NCBI GenBank assembly: GCA_964511955.1
Contig: CAZEGO010000001.1
Coordinates: forward strand, 1-39,876
DNA from: an uncultured Planctomycetia bacterium
GTDB taxonomy: Bacteria; Omnitrophota; Gorgyraeia; Gorgyraeales; Gorgyraeaceae
Length of the DNA: 39,876 nt
Direction of reading: 5' to 3'
The position numbers and the translations under genes are program-made. Shown one piece after another: positions 14,508 to 23,133 of this stretch (the stretch's first letter is position 1; every line of letters begins with the position of its first letter). The notes beneath the pieces are model-generated. The model searched no databases and was not told the DNA's origin. It saw only the letters and a list, made by a program, of their open reading frames with translations.

Positions 14508-14535
14508 ATTTTAACATACACAGCTTAGATGTCAA
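14508..14535 (-). promoter_or_regulatory. candidate sigma70 promoter for the GNAT/deacetylase genes (TTGACA-16-TAAAAT with TGn)
   Basis: Minus strand reads TTGACAtctaagctgtgtaTGtTAAAAT. Lies 14 nt downstream of the 66-bp palindrome. Confidence 0.5.
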
Positions 14536-14549
14536 ATGAACCTTCCGTC

Positions 14550-14615
14550 GTCCCAACCCTGTCCCACACCGGGTGTGGACCGCGGTCCACACCCGGTGTG
14601 GGACAGGGTTGGGAC
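14550..14615. repeat. perfect 66-bp palindrome (33+33, no spacer) built from GTCCCACACC/GGTGTGGGAC units (family copy 3)
   Basis: gtcccaaccctgtcccacaccgggtgtggaccg | cggtccacacccggtgtgggacagggttgggac. I checked base by base that the arms are exact reverse complements. Each arm is itself an imperfect palindrome. Flanking AACCTT...AAGGTT extends it with a 5-nt bulge. Confidence 0.95.
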
Positions 14616-14650
14616 AAGGTTGAGGCGTGAACAACGAATAATCGTGAAAC

Positions 14651-15607
14651 CTACAGCTTTATATCTTTCAATATTGCTTTCATGGCCCCGGCTGATTGCT
14701 TGAATTTTTTCTGTTCGTCCGGGGAGAGGGGGATTTTAAGGAATCTTTCAATGCCTTTTTTATTTATCATTGAGGGTATTCCCAGGCATACGTCTTCCAC
14801 GCCGTAGTAATCGTTTATCATCGTCGAAACCGGAAGCACTGAACTTTCGTCTCTTATTATAGCTTCCGTAATCCTGACCAGGGCCAAAGCTATGGCATAA
14901 TAGGTAGCGCCCTTAGTTTCTATTATCCGATAAGCGGCGTTTTTTACCTCATCGAATATTTTGCTTAATTCTTTTTCTCTTTCGCAACTTGAGAATTTAG
15001 CACATGCAGGACAGTATTCATTTATACGCATACCCCCTATAGTAGCTCCGCTCCACACGGGAACTTCGGTATCCCCATGCTCACCTATGATATAAGCGTG
15101 TACGTTTCTCGGGTCGATCCCGCAATGGTCACTTATGAGATAGCGGAATCTTGAAGTATCAAGCACCGTCCCCGAGCCTATAACTCGGTTTTCGGGCAGG
15201 CCGGAAATTTTTAGACTTACGTAAGTAAGTATATCGACCGGGTTTGTAACTACCACTATTACAACGTCTTTCGCATATTTCATAATACTTGGAATTATTT
15301 TTTTAAATATATTCGCGTTAGTCTTTACCAGATCTATCCTGCTCTCACCTTCCTTTTGCTTGGCCCCGGCGGTTATTACAACTATATCCGATTCGGCACA
15401 TCCGTCATAATCCGTTGACAATATACGGGCAGGCCTCGCAAAACTCAAGCCGTGATTTAAATCCATACATTCCCCGTCGGCTTTTTTCCTGTTTAAATCC
15501 ACTATTACGATTTCGCGGGCTATCCCTTTCATCATCAGCGCGAACGCGTAAGAAGCTCCCACGTTTCCCGCACCTATAATGGATATCTTCGGTTTAAGGC
15601 TTTTCAT
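14651..15607 (-). CDS. ldh: L-lactate dehydrogenase
   Basis: ISIIGAGNVGASYAF Rossmann motif, AGAKQKEGESRIDL (Gln at the LDH/MDH discriminating position), DTSRFRY, and the catalytic IIGEHGDTEVPVWS. Confidence 0.9.
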   Translation of the reverse strand: MKSLKPKISIIGAGNVGASYAFALMMKGIAREIVIVDLNRKKADGECMDLNHGLSFARPARILSTDYDGCAESDIVVITAGAKQKEGESRIDLVKTNANIFKKIIPSIMKYAKDVVIVVVTNPVDILTYVSLKISGLPENRVIGSGTVLDTSRFRYLISDHCGIDPRNVHAYIIGEHGDTEVPVWSGATIGGMRINEYCPACAKFSSCEREKELSKIFDEVKNAAYRIIETKGATYYAIALALVRITEAIIRDESSVLPVSTMINDYYGVEDVCLGIPSMINKKGIERFLKIPLSPDEQKKFKQSAGAMKAILKDIKL

Positions 15608-16883
15608 CGGTTCCTCCTCTTTTCGATTCCGCGGCTTTCCTCGCGGATATAGCTATGTTCGAGGCTATGCGCCATTCGGCTTTTAGGGCCCGCATTGCAC
15701 CCTGCCAGAGGTCTTTGTCGGTTTCGCGCCGTGAATAACCTTTTTCAATGACTTTTTTGTAAACGGCTAAAGCTCTCTCGATGCTTTTTCCCACGGAAAA
15801 CCTTCCGGCTGTTCTTAAGGCATTATCTTCGATCTTTTTTCTCTCCTCTTTATTAAGTCCTTTTGCCCATCCAAATCCTTTTATAAATTCTTCCCTGTTT
15901 TCCTCGCGGATCAACCGTCCGTTTTGCCCGTCTTCGACCACGTCGCGAACTCCGGGCGCGTCGATGGCCAATACGGGCGTTCCCGAAGCCATAGCCTCCG
16001 CTATCACAAGTCCCTGTGTCTCACTCTTTGAAGCGAAAGCGAAAAGATCCATGGAAGCGTAACCGTCATAAAGCTCTCTGCCTCTGACAACTCCGGGGAA
16101 ACAAGTCCTATCTTTCAGGCCTTTTTCGTAAAAGACGCTCTTGACTTTTTCCAGGGAAGGGCCGTCGCCCAGACACAAAAAATACGCCTCCTCGCGAGTT
16201 TTCATAAAATCCGATACGACATTTGATAGAAATACCATGTTTTTTTCCGGAGCCACTCTTCCGGTATATCCTATGACAAAAACGTCACTCGGAATTCCTT
16301 CTTTTTCCCTGAAATTTTTCCCGTCGCCCGAGGCAAACTCTTTTTCATATATGCCCGTGGGGTTGATTTCTATCGGGGATTTAACCCCTCTCTTTCTCAA
16401 TATAACATCCAGACTCTTGCTTGGGGCAAATACGTAATCGCATAAATTGGCATAGCCTTTTGATAGCTCGATAACGAATTTTTTCATGGCCTCGGAATCC
16501 GCAGGCACGTAATGCGTATATTTCTCGTAGAGAGTGTGATAAGTGAAGACCAGCGGTACCCTGAAATAGGCGGAGACACGAAGAGCTGTATCGCCTATAA
16601 GGAACGGATGATGAGCGTGTACTATATCAGGATTAAATTTTTTCAGGGTGTTGGACAGAATAAGAGGTATAGGCAATTGTACCGAAAAATCCGTACCGTT
16701 AAAATGCTGTATAGCCGGGACACGAACCACTCCTTCCTCTTTTTCCTCGGCGCCTTCATGCTCGGGTGCCACTATAAGGACATTATGCTCCCGCGCTCTC
16801 ATCTCTCGCGAGAAAACCTCTACGGATCTCTCAAGGCCGCCGGTTATAGGCTTGTAAGTATTGGTCATCATTATAATATTCAT
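15594..16883 (-). CDS. GT4-family (Glycos_transf_1) glycosyltransferase
   Basis: GGLERSV N-terminal motif and C-terminal E-x7-E region (ETQGLVIAEAMASGTPVLAIDAPGVRDVVEDGQNG). Overlaps the ldh start by 14 nt. Confidence 0.85.
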   Translation of the reverse strand: MNIIMMTNTYKPITGGLERSVEVFSREMRAREHNVLIVAPEHEGAEEKEEGVVRVPAIQHFNGTDFSVQLPIPLILSNTLKKFNPDIVHAHHPFLIGDTALRVSAYFRVPLVFTYHTLYEKYTHYVPADSEAMKKFVIELSKGYANLCDYVFAPSKSLDVILRKRGVKSPIEINPTGIYEKEFASGDGKNFREKEGIPSDVFVIGYTGRVAPEKNMVFLSNVVSDFMKTREEAYFLCLGDGPSLEKVKSVFYEKGLKDRTCFPGVVRGRELYDGYASMDLFAFASKSETQGLVIAEAMASGTPVLAIDAPGVRDVVEDGQNGRLIREENREEFIKGFGWAKGLNKEERKKIEDNALRTAGRFSVGKSIERALAVYKKVIEKGYSRRETDKDLWQGAMRALKAEWRIASNIAISARKAAESKRGGTDEKP

Positions 16884-19135
16884 TTATTCTTCCTTACTGT
16901 CACACGGTCCGAACCCGGTTCCGGCGGCTTTTCCCGGTAACCGGGTAAACTAACCTTTATGACGGGTGCCTTGTTGTGCCACCGGCCTTTGCACTCGACT
17001 TCCGCACTATCGGATTTTTTCTTTATCGATACGTCCACAGTCCCAAAAGAAGTGGGGAGATCGCGAAAACAAACCACGTTTTCGCCGTTAAACAGCTCTT
17101 CTGTCACTCCCGACCCTACAACCAGATATTCGCCTTCTTCCCTCACAAAACGGTTCCTGGTCATGAGAAGCCACTCCGAAGCTGCCCAGACATGTTGTCC
17201 GTCCCCCATACAACCTCCTTTAGTACGGGGATGTATGGCCTCGGGCCATTGCCCGGTAGAAGTCGCAAGATCTCTTATAGTTTTCACGAGCGGATAAAAT
17301 CTCATGTCGTTTTTTCTCAGCAATACCTGAGCTATATGAAGGGTCAGATAAGGATTTATCCCTGAATGGCTCATGTCGTGAAAAAATCCGTTATCAACCA
17401 TACAGTTATCCAACAAGTATTCTATGGTATCAGCCAGCCTTTTGTCCCATGACGGCCAGAGCTGCAAAGGATAACCCACGGCCAGCGAACCTATGCTGCC
17501 GGAATCAAGCCTTCTGTAGGGAGAAGCCGGCATTGCCGGACGGCCTGACCTTTCGTTTATTTTTACCAGGCTCTTTTCTATCGCCCTCATCAAAGAGGAA
17601 GCCTCGACGTTAAAAAACACCGCGCTTTTATGCTCACCGGACATGTCCAGTAAACGCGCCGCTCCTTTCAGCCCGGCTATTGCCCAAAAATTGTCCCAAT
17701 AGTAGTAATCATTTGGTCCGAGATGCTCGGCGCTGAACCCGGCGGGCAGTAAATCTGCGTGGGGTGCTTCCTTGTCATTTTTATTTATTTTTCTGCTCAG
17801 CCAAACAGCCCCTTTTTTCATGGCTTTCATCCATTTATCTTTCGGCTTCTCTCCCGCGATCTCGGAAAACCTGTTAATAAGCCACAGTACCTGCCCGTTC
17901 GAATCCCATTCTCCGTTCTGAGAACAAAAATATCCGTTGGCCTTCTGTTTGGGCATAAAAGAATCTATTATCTCCTCGGATTTTTTTATCAGTCCGCAGC
18001 AGAGCATAGCATGCACTATAAATACCGCGTCTCTGAACCAGAACCTCTTGTATGTATAAGGACCGGCGTAAAGCTCTCTCTGCGAATGAAGAAGTAGTGT
18101 TTTAAGGGCATTTTTGTATAAAAAACCGGTCTTTTTATCCTTAACGTCCAATTCGGATGCCAGGGTTAAATCCTCACTCCACGGTCTCGTTGATTTCGTT
18201 TGTTTTTTTTCGGCTGAGACTTTTTTATTCCTCCTCAACGGAACCAATACTGACAGCTTTGTTGAATTTTGGGGAATTATTTTATACAGCGCGCTTCCCG
18301 TACACATACCTACATCGCAGGTTATTTTATCCGACTCTTCCTCCGAAAGGATGTCACCGTACACGTCGCCTTTTTTATAATTGGAGAATTTATAACTATC
18401 GGGCATTCTTTCCAGAATAACTTCATGCCTGTTGTTGATTTTCCATCCTTTTTTGCCGTCATGCAATCTTAATTTCTTGATAAAACTCACCCCTTCCGGA
18501 TTATAGGGCCTCACGCCTATAGCCAGATATGATTCGTCCTTCGAGTTTGCCTCTATATCCAGCACGCACACCGGGACGCCTTCCCTTTCGATTACCCGGG
18601 CTTCTGTTTTTATTTTTCCTCGATCGTTCCGGACGCCGGTGGTGATTTTTAAATCCTTATCTGTATCCGCATACTGCTCGCAAGAAGAAGCCCGCGAAGG
18701 CACCAGGTCCTCTTTTCCGCCTACCAGCCACGCATCGATCGACCAACCGTCGTAAAAAGGCGTCACAAGGCCTCTGGGATCTACTACGGGCATGGTGTCA
18801 CATCCGGGCACGCCTATAGCCGTCCAGTTGCGCTGCGTAAGATTTATATGCGTAAGCGAAAAAGCCCTCGGCACAAAAGACTCATCCCTGGGATTAAACT
18901 GTCTTACCACCCAGTAAGGCCATACCCAGTCAAGATTGTGTTGTATGGCCTGACTATTTACAAGCCCGCGAGCATGGAGCATAAAAGCTGATCTGAGAAG
19001 CTCGACAGGCACGAAAACTTCCGCCGGTTTGCCAAACCGGCCTACGTTAGCCAGGACCGAGAACGGGTCCAGGAACCCCTGTTTTCTGGCTATATGGCTT
19101 ATAAGGAATTTCCACGGTATCCATTTAAAATACAT
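16880..19135 (-). CDS. (alpha/alpha)6-barrel glycoside-hydrolase-like protein (GH15/GH63/GDE_C-like) with N-terminal domain of unknown function
   Basis: YKRFWFRDAVFIVHAM, YYYWDNFW, and GQWPEAIHPRTKGGCMGDGQHVWAASEWLL resemble six-hairpin glycosidases. ATGA overlap with GT4 (16880-16883); abuts DUF502 (19135/19136). Confidence 0.6.
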   Translation of the reverse strand: MYFKWIPWKFLISHIARKQGFLDPFSVLANVGRFGKPAEVFVPVELLRSAFMLHARGLVNSQAIQHNLDWVWPYWVVRQFNPRDESFVPRAFSLTHINLTQRNWTAIGVPGCDTMPVVDPRGLVTPFYDGWSIDAWLVGGKEDLVPSRASSCEQYADTDKDLKITTGVRNDRGKIKTEARVIEREGVPVCVLDIEANSKDESYLAIGVRPYNPEGVSFIKKLRLHDGKKGWKINNRHEVILERMPDSYKFSNYKKGDVYGDILSEEESDKITCDVGMCTGSALYKIIPQNSTKLSVLVPLRRNKKVSAEKKQTKSTRPWSEDLTLASELDVKDKKTGFLYKNALKTLLLHSQRELYAGPYTYKRFWFRDAVFIVHAMLCCGLIKKSEEIIDSFMPKQKANGYFCSQNGEWDSNGQVLWLINRFSEIAGEKPKDKWMKAMKKGAVWLSRKINKNDKEAPHADLLPAGFSAEHLGPNDYYYWDNFWAIAGLKGAARLLDMSGEHKSAVFFNVEASSLMRAIEKSLVKINERSGRPAMPASPYRRLDSGSIGSLAVGYPLQLWPSWDKRLADTIEYLLDNCMVDNGFFHDMSHSGINPYLTLHIAQVLLRKNDMRFYPLVKTIRDLATSTGQWPEAIHPRTKGGCMGDGQHVWAASEWLLMTRNRFVREEGEYLVVGSGVTEELFNGENVVCFRDLPTSFGTVDVSIKKKSDSAEVECKGRWHNKAPVIKVSLPGYREKPPEPGSDRVTVRKNK

Positions 19136-19813
19136 TTACGCGTTGTCCTTTTCGAGTTCGGCGAGTTTGAATTTTTTCCTGGACGGCAAAAGCACACCTC
19201 CCGATACTATAAGTTTTACCGCGTCTTCCACCTGCATGTCCAGTATTTTAATCTTCTTTCTCGGCAGGAACAGGAGGACTCCGGAAAAAGGCGCCGGGGC
19301 GAGCGGAACCAGAACGCTTACCAGATTCTCGTTGTTTTTGTCAGCGGCCACAGATATTCCCTCATTGGTTATGAAACCCATGGAATAAGAGTCATGAACT
19401 GGGTAAGGCACCAGAACAACTTTCTTGAATTCTTTTTTCCTGTCCATACGGAATAAAAAATCCGAAAGCTGTTTAGCGGACGGATAGAGATTAGCCACAA
19501 CCGGTATCTTTAAAAGTACGCGTTCCAAAAAAGGCAGGAACTTTTTGCCTATAAAATTACTTGATATGACACCTATTATGAGAAGCAGTAAAATTATTAC
19601 TATCAGTCCGAGCCCCGGGACAGTGAAAGAATAGTTGCGCATCAGAAACCCGTTTATGTAATTACCGACAAACCTGTCTCCCAGTCTGAACACAAAGACT
19701 ATAATATATACGGTAATAAAAAGCGGGAATAAAACAGCCAGTCCCGTTAAAATATACTTACGCGCCCTCCGTGCAAGTTTCATACCGGGATTTCGCATAT
19801 TTTTATAATTCAT
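19136..19813 (-). CDS. DUF502-family membrane protein
   Basis: Two N-terminal TMs (ILTGLAVLFPLFITVYIIVFVF; GLGLIVIILLLLIIGVI), then IPVVANLY...PAPFSGVLLFLPR, typical of DUF502/COG2928. Confidence 0.75.
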   Translation of the reverse strand: MNYKNMRNPGMKLARRARKYILTGLAVLFPLFITVYIIVFVFRLGDRFVGNYINGFLMRNYSFTVPGLGLIVIILLLLIIGVISSNFIGKKFLPFLERVLLKIPVVANLYPSAKQLSDFLFRMDRKKEFKKVVLVPYPVHDSYSMGFITNEGISVAADKNNENLVSVLVPLAPAPFSGVLLFLPRKKIKILDMQVEDAVKLIVSGGVLLPSRKKFKLAELEKDNA

Positions 19814-19849
19814 ATAATCTCCTTGGGTATCTTTTCCGGATAACCGCGG

Positions 19850-20599
19850 TTATTTTTTCAGCCAGTATTTCGGACGGCCGTAATAGTCGTAAAGCCGCTC
19901 CTCGTACTTGCGGTTAACGGGTTCATTCGGGTCAAAAGATGGGCTTTCCTTTACCTCTTCCCTGGTCAGGTTTGTCTTTAAATGGGATTCCTCCCAGCTT
20001 ATGCTGTCTATCCAGGAAAGAGACAGAAGGACTTTTTTACCGGGAAGCCATTTGTTTACGTCTGCGACCGCGTAAAGAATTCTCCAGGTTTCGTCATCTA
20101 TTATGAAATCCTCCGCCTCTCCCATGTCACCGTCAGCGGCGTGAATGGTGTATCCCATTATTTCCTTTACGCTTCGTATGTGATTTTCATCGGACTCTTT
20201 TTCTCTTTTCTCGTCTGTTCTTGTATAAACCGCCGGGGCAACGGGCGTCAGCATCGAACTTTCGGGATATACCTGCCAGTACATTGGCCATTTATAATGG
20301 GCCAGTATTTGGGCTTCTTTTTGTCTTGATATCGGTTTATCGAAATCCACATCCGGACAGTCCTTCACCAGATCTCTTGTAAGTATAACCGGAAAAGTTT
20401 TTTTCTCCCATGCCGGCTTGTCTACGAAAGCGGCCGGTGATATCAATACTTTTTTGCCGGTAAGCCAGTTTCCTGTCTCGTCGACAAGGTATCTCACTAT
20501 CCACCTCTCGTCGTCAAAAAAGAAATCCACCACTTTCCCTATCTCACCGTCTTTGGCCTCTACCTTAAAGCCCAGTAATGATTTTAAACTTCTCAGCAT
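19850..20599 (-). CDS. tandem PRC-barrel domain protein
   Basis: LLGFKVEAKDGEIGKVVDFFFDDERWIVRYLV...GKKVLISP, repeated as IMGYTIHAADGDMGEAEDFIIDDETWRILYAV...GKKVLLS. Confidence 0.75.
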   Translation of the reverse strand: MLRSLKSLLGFKVEAKDGEIGKVVDFFFDDERWIVRYLVDETGNWLTGKKVLISPAAFVDKPAWEKKTFPVILTRDLVKDCPDVDFDKPISRQKEAQILAHYKWPMYWQVYPESSMLTPVAPAVYTRTDEKREKESDENHIRSVKEIMGYTIHAADGDMGEAEDFIIDDETWRILYAVADVNKWLPGKKVLLSLSWIDSISWEESHLKTNLTREEVKESPSFDPNEPVNRKYEERLYDYYGRPKYWLKK

Positions 20600-20614
20600 A
20601 ACAAACCTCCTTTT

Positions 20615-20992
20615 TTATTTAAGCAGACCGTTTATCTCGGCTATTATCATCTCGGGATCAAAAGGTTTTAAAACACATTTATCCACTCCGCAGGTCTTCA
20701 TCAGAAACTTATGATCTTTCCCCGTATAATGCCCTGTCATGGCTATAATGGGGATACCCGCCGTATCCGGAAAAGTCTTCAGTTCATGAGCGAGCTGAAA
20801 ACCTGTTTTTCCCGGCATCTTCATATCCAGAAGAAGAAGGTCCGGTTTTTCGCTCACGATCTTACTTTGAGCCTTTATCGCATTGGAGAACGTTATTGTA
20901 TTATACCCGCTTACGCTCAACGTTTCAGCGATTTCCTCCAATAACTCCTCGTCATCATCAACTATCATTATTTTTTTCTTATCGTCTGTCAT
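20615..20992 (-). CDS. stand-alone CheY-like response-regulator receiver
   Basis: KIMIVDDDEE, phospho-acceptor LLLLDMKMPG, IIAMTGH, and the conserved K in LKPF. No output domain, and no kinase in the window. Confidence 0.9.
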   Translation of the reverse strand: MTDDKKKIMIVDDDEELLEEIAETLSVSGYNTITFSNAIKAQSKIVSEKPDLLLLDMKMPGKTGFQLAHELKTFPDTAGIPIIAMTGHYTGKDHKFLMKTCGVDKCVLKPFDPEMIIAEINGLLK

Positions 20993-21041
20993 CGGTATGT
21001 TCCTTAATTGTTATAAATACTCTTCTCGCCTCCCGAACGTA

Positions 21042-21430
21042 TTATATCGATTTCGGTACTCTTACGATAAGCACGCCTTTCTGGTATTCAGCGGACATCT
21101 CGTCACTTCTGAGGTTACCCGGCAGGGGAATAGACCTGGAGAAATAACCGTATTGTCTTTCCTGCCTGAAAAACTGGCCTTCTTTTTTTCTTCTTTTTCC
21201 TCGCGCTTATCGGATATACGCAGGTAGTTATCCTCTACCTCTACGTCCATCTCCGCTTTCTTCATGCCGGGTAAATCCACTCTTACCACGTATTCATCGC
21301 CTTTTACATAGCGATAATCGGATTCCCGGGCAGGACCGACGGCATTGATTATATATACGGTCTCGATCACGAGCCCGGCGGCCAGAAATAATATCACTCC
21401 CCATAATACTGCCTGTATACCCCTGGTCAT
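21042..21430 (-). pseudogene. membrane-anchored Hsp20/alpha-crystallin protein split over two frames at an A_AAA_AAG heptamer
   Basis: The track ORF 21062-21430 gives a TM anchor plus DEYVVRVDLPGMKKAEMDVEVEDNYLRISDKREEKEEKK and then non-homologous sequence. The -1 frame from 21182 onward reads EGQFFRQERQYGYFSRSIPLPGNLRSDEMSAEYQKGVLIVRVPKSI, with a stop at 21042. That is the canonical Hsp20 C-terminal half. Confidence 0.8.
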
Positions 21431-21452
21431 ACAACTACCTCCTTTTTATTTC

Positions 21453-22940
21453 CTAAAAAGGCCAATGACTGAAAGTCTCGTAAAAATATGTCGGGAAAAA
21501 ATCCGTTCCCTCGTATACGGATATCCGGCTTTCGACTTTTCTGGCTCCGGCTTCGAACGCGTTAGCAATAGCTGCATTTACTTCCTGCCAGCTGTCAGCT
21601 TTACCAGTAAGAGTCGCCACTCCTCTATCCACGGTGGCGTCTATTTCGTCCGAATTCACGAAAACACTCCAGAAAAACTCCTCCTCTATCCTATCCTGTA
21701 TTACGCTGTCGCTCACAAGGAGTCTGTCGTTTACTTTAAGCCGGTTCTGAATGTCTATGATTCCGTAGACTCCGGATACCACATCCCCGGCCCTCCTTTT
21801 CTCATAAGCGCTCTCCACCATACCGTTAAGATAAGCCTTACCATTTATAACCGTCACGCTGAAATCATAACGCCCCAAGGTCGTATCTCGCAATATCGCC
21901 TGTCTCGCGGCCTCCTCTATCTCGGGATCCGTGGGCATGGCCTTAAGCCGGACTTTTAAATAATTATTTACTTTCCAAACGCCTATGGTATTAAGGGCAT
22001 CCTGTTCGGCGCTGTTTTTGGCCTTGAGGTTGTCTACCGTACCTCTCAGATTCGCCACACCGTTATTGACCTCGACGTCTATATTAAAGGAAGAAGTTCT
22101 CGGATCATAAAGCAGGGTATCTTTTATCGCTTCTTTTATTTCCGTGTCTGATTTCAGGGAAAATTTGTCGGGCTTTTGCATATCGTCCCCGAGGTACCAT
22201 TTGACCTCTAATTGATTATCGACGTTTTTCACTCCGCCGACCCAGGCCTCAGCGTATACGTTGTTCTTCTCTCTCGCGCTTCCCACTGAACCTGTTAATG
22301 TTACGGCTGCTTTATCGACTTTGACCTCCACCAGAGCTTCGTTTATATAAGCGTTCATTTCCAGTTTTCTTTCTATCTCTGACTTTATTTCATAGTCCGT
22401 CCTGTCGGATTCAAAGAAAATGCTTATATTGTTTACTACATCTTTTACTCCCTTAACGCTTTTGCTAACGTCGTCCGCCAGGTTTTTCTCGGCCCAGGAT
22501 TCCACTCTGCCCGACAGAGTAACCATGCCGTTATTCGCTGCGACGTCTATTTCGTACGAATCCGTGGCCGGATCCAGTAAAAGTGCGTTGGTCACGTCGG
22601 CTTTAAGCTCGGAGTCGGGCTTTGCAGGCGTCACTACCGTTATCTTATCTATCACGCTTTTTACTCCTTTTATGCTCTCGGCCAGTTCTACGGCCCTGTC
22701 CTTTGCCAGCAGATTATCAATCGTACCGGACAATGTGACCACCCCCTCGCTTACGGATACGTCTATAAGCTGGGATGGCACATATTCATCGAACAAAATC
22801 TCGGTCTCCACCGCCTGAAGGATATTCTCATCCTTTATGTTAGGTGCGGCAACGGCTGAGCCGGCTCCGGCGAAAATGCCGAAAAAGATCGCGAACACGC
22901 ACACTAACAGATTTTTTCTTTTTCTAAATAACCTTTCCAT
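21453..22940 (-). CDS. secreted protein with six tandem BON domains (OsmY-like)
   Basis: Signal peptide, then six repeats of the pattern I..A.......D..v..GvvTL.G.V.s...k..a......v.GVk.V.N.l.V. Confidence 0.85.
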   Translation of the reverse strand: MERLFRKRKNLLVCVFAIFFGIFAGAGSAVAAPNIKDENILQAVETEILFDEYVPSQLIDVSVSEGVVTLSGTIDNLLAKDRAVELAESIKGVKSVIDKITVVTPAKPDSELKADVTNALLLDPATDSYEIDVAANNGMVTLSGRVESWAEKNLADDVSKSVKGVKDVVNNISIFFESDRTDYEIKSEIERKLEMNAYINEALVEVKVDKAAVTLTGSVGSAREKNNVYAEAWVGGVKNVDNQLEVKWYLGDDMQKPDKFSLKSDTEIKEAIKDTLLYDPRTSSFNIDVEVNNGVANLRGTVDNLKAKNSAEQDALNTIGVWKVNNYLKVRLKAMPTDPEIEEAARQAILRDTTLGRYDFSVTVINGKAYLNGMVESAYEKRRAGDVVSGVYGIIDIQNRLKVNDRLLVSDSVIQDRIEEEFFWSVFVNSDEIDATVDRGVATLTGKADSWQEVNAAIANAFEAGARKVESRISVYEGTDFFPTYFYETFSHWPF

Positions 22941-23133
22941 CAGTTCCTCCTTTCGATTATAAAGCTGCTTATTTTTAAATTATCTATGTAAACCTTGCCG
23001 TCAATGAAAGGGAACGGTCGATATTCAAATCCTGTTATTATTATTGCATCCGTCGATGAATAAAGTAACGGGCTGTTTCTTTATATTTTTGACTTTTTTC
23101 TACAATCCTACGGGAGTTTTGCCTGGAATGAAA

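Noticed and set aside
21345-21959. Long plus-strand ORFs, e.g. 21345-21959 (204 aa), 33747-34427 (226 aa), 33098-33625 (175 aa), 16512-16940 (142 aa), 38467-38919 (150 aa), and all other plus-strand entries in the track
   Set aside because: Each lies entirely antisense to a minus-strand gene with clear family motifs. Their translations are low-complexity (Ser/Phe/Leu/Arg-rich) with no recognisable domain or RBS. They are shadow frames.
23004-23028. A sigma32-like promoter (TTTGAA ... CCCTTTCAT) upstream of the six-BON gene
   Set aside because: Only 11 nt separate the two elements, which is shorter than I expect for sigma32 promoters, and the -10 part matches CCCCATNT poorly.
22941-23133. The larger spacers (22941-23133, 12099-12203, 29245-29310, 8773-8870) as hiding places for ncRNAs or riboswitches
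   Set aside because: I could not recognise any known riboswitch core, conserved structure or convincing small ORF by eye. Covariance-model scans would be needed, so nothing is claimed.
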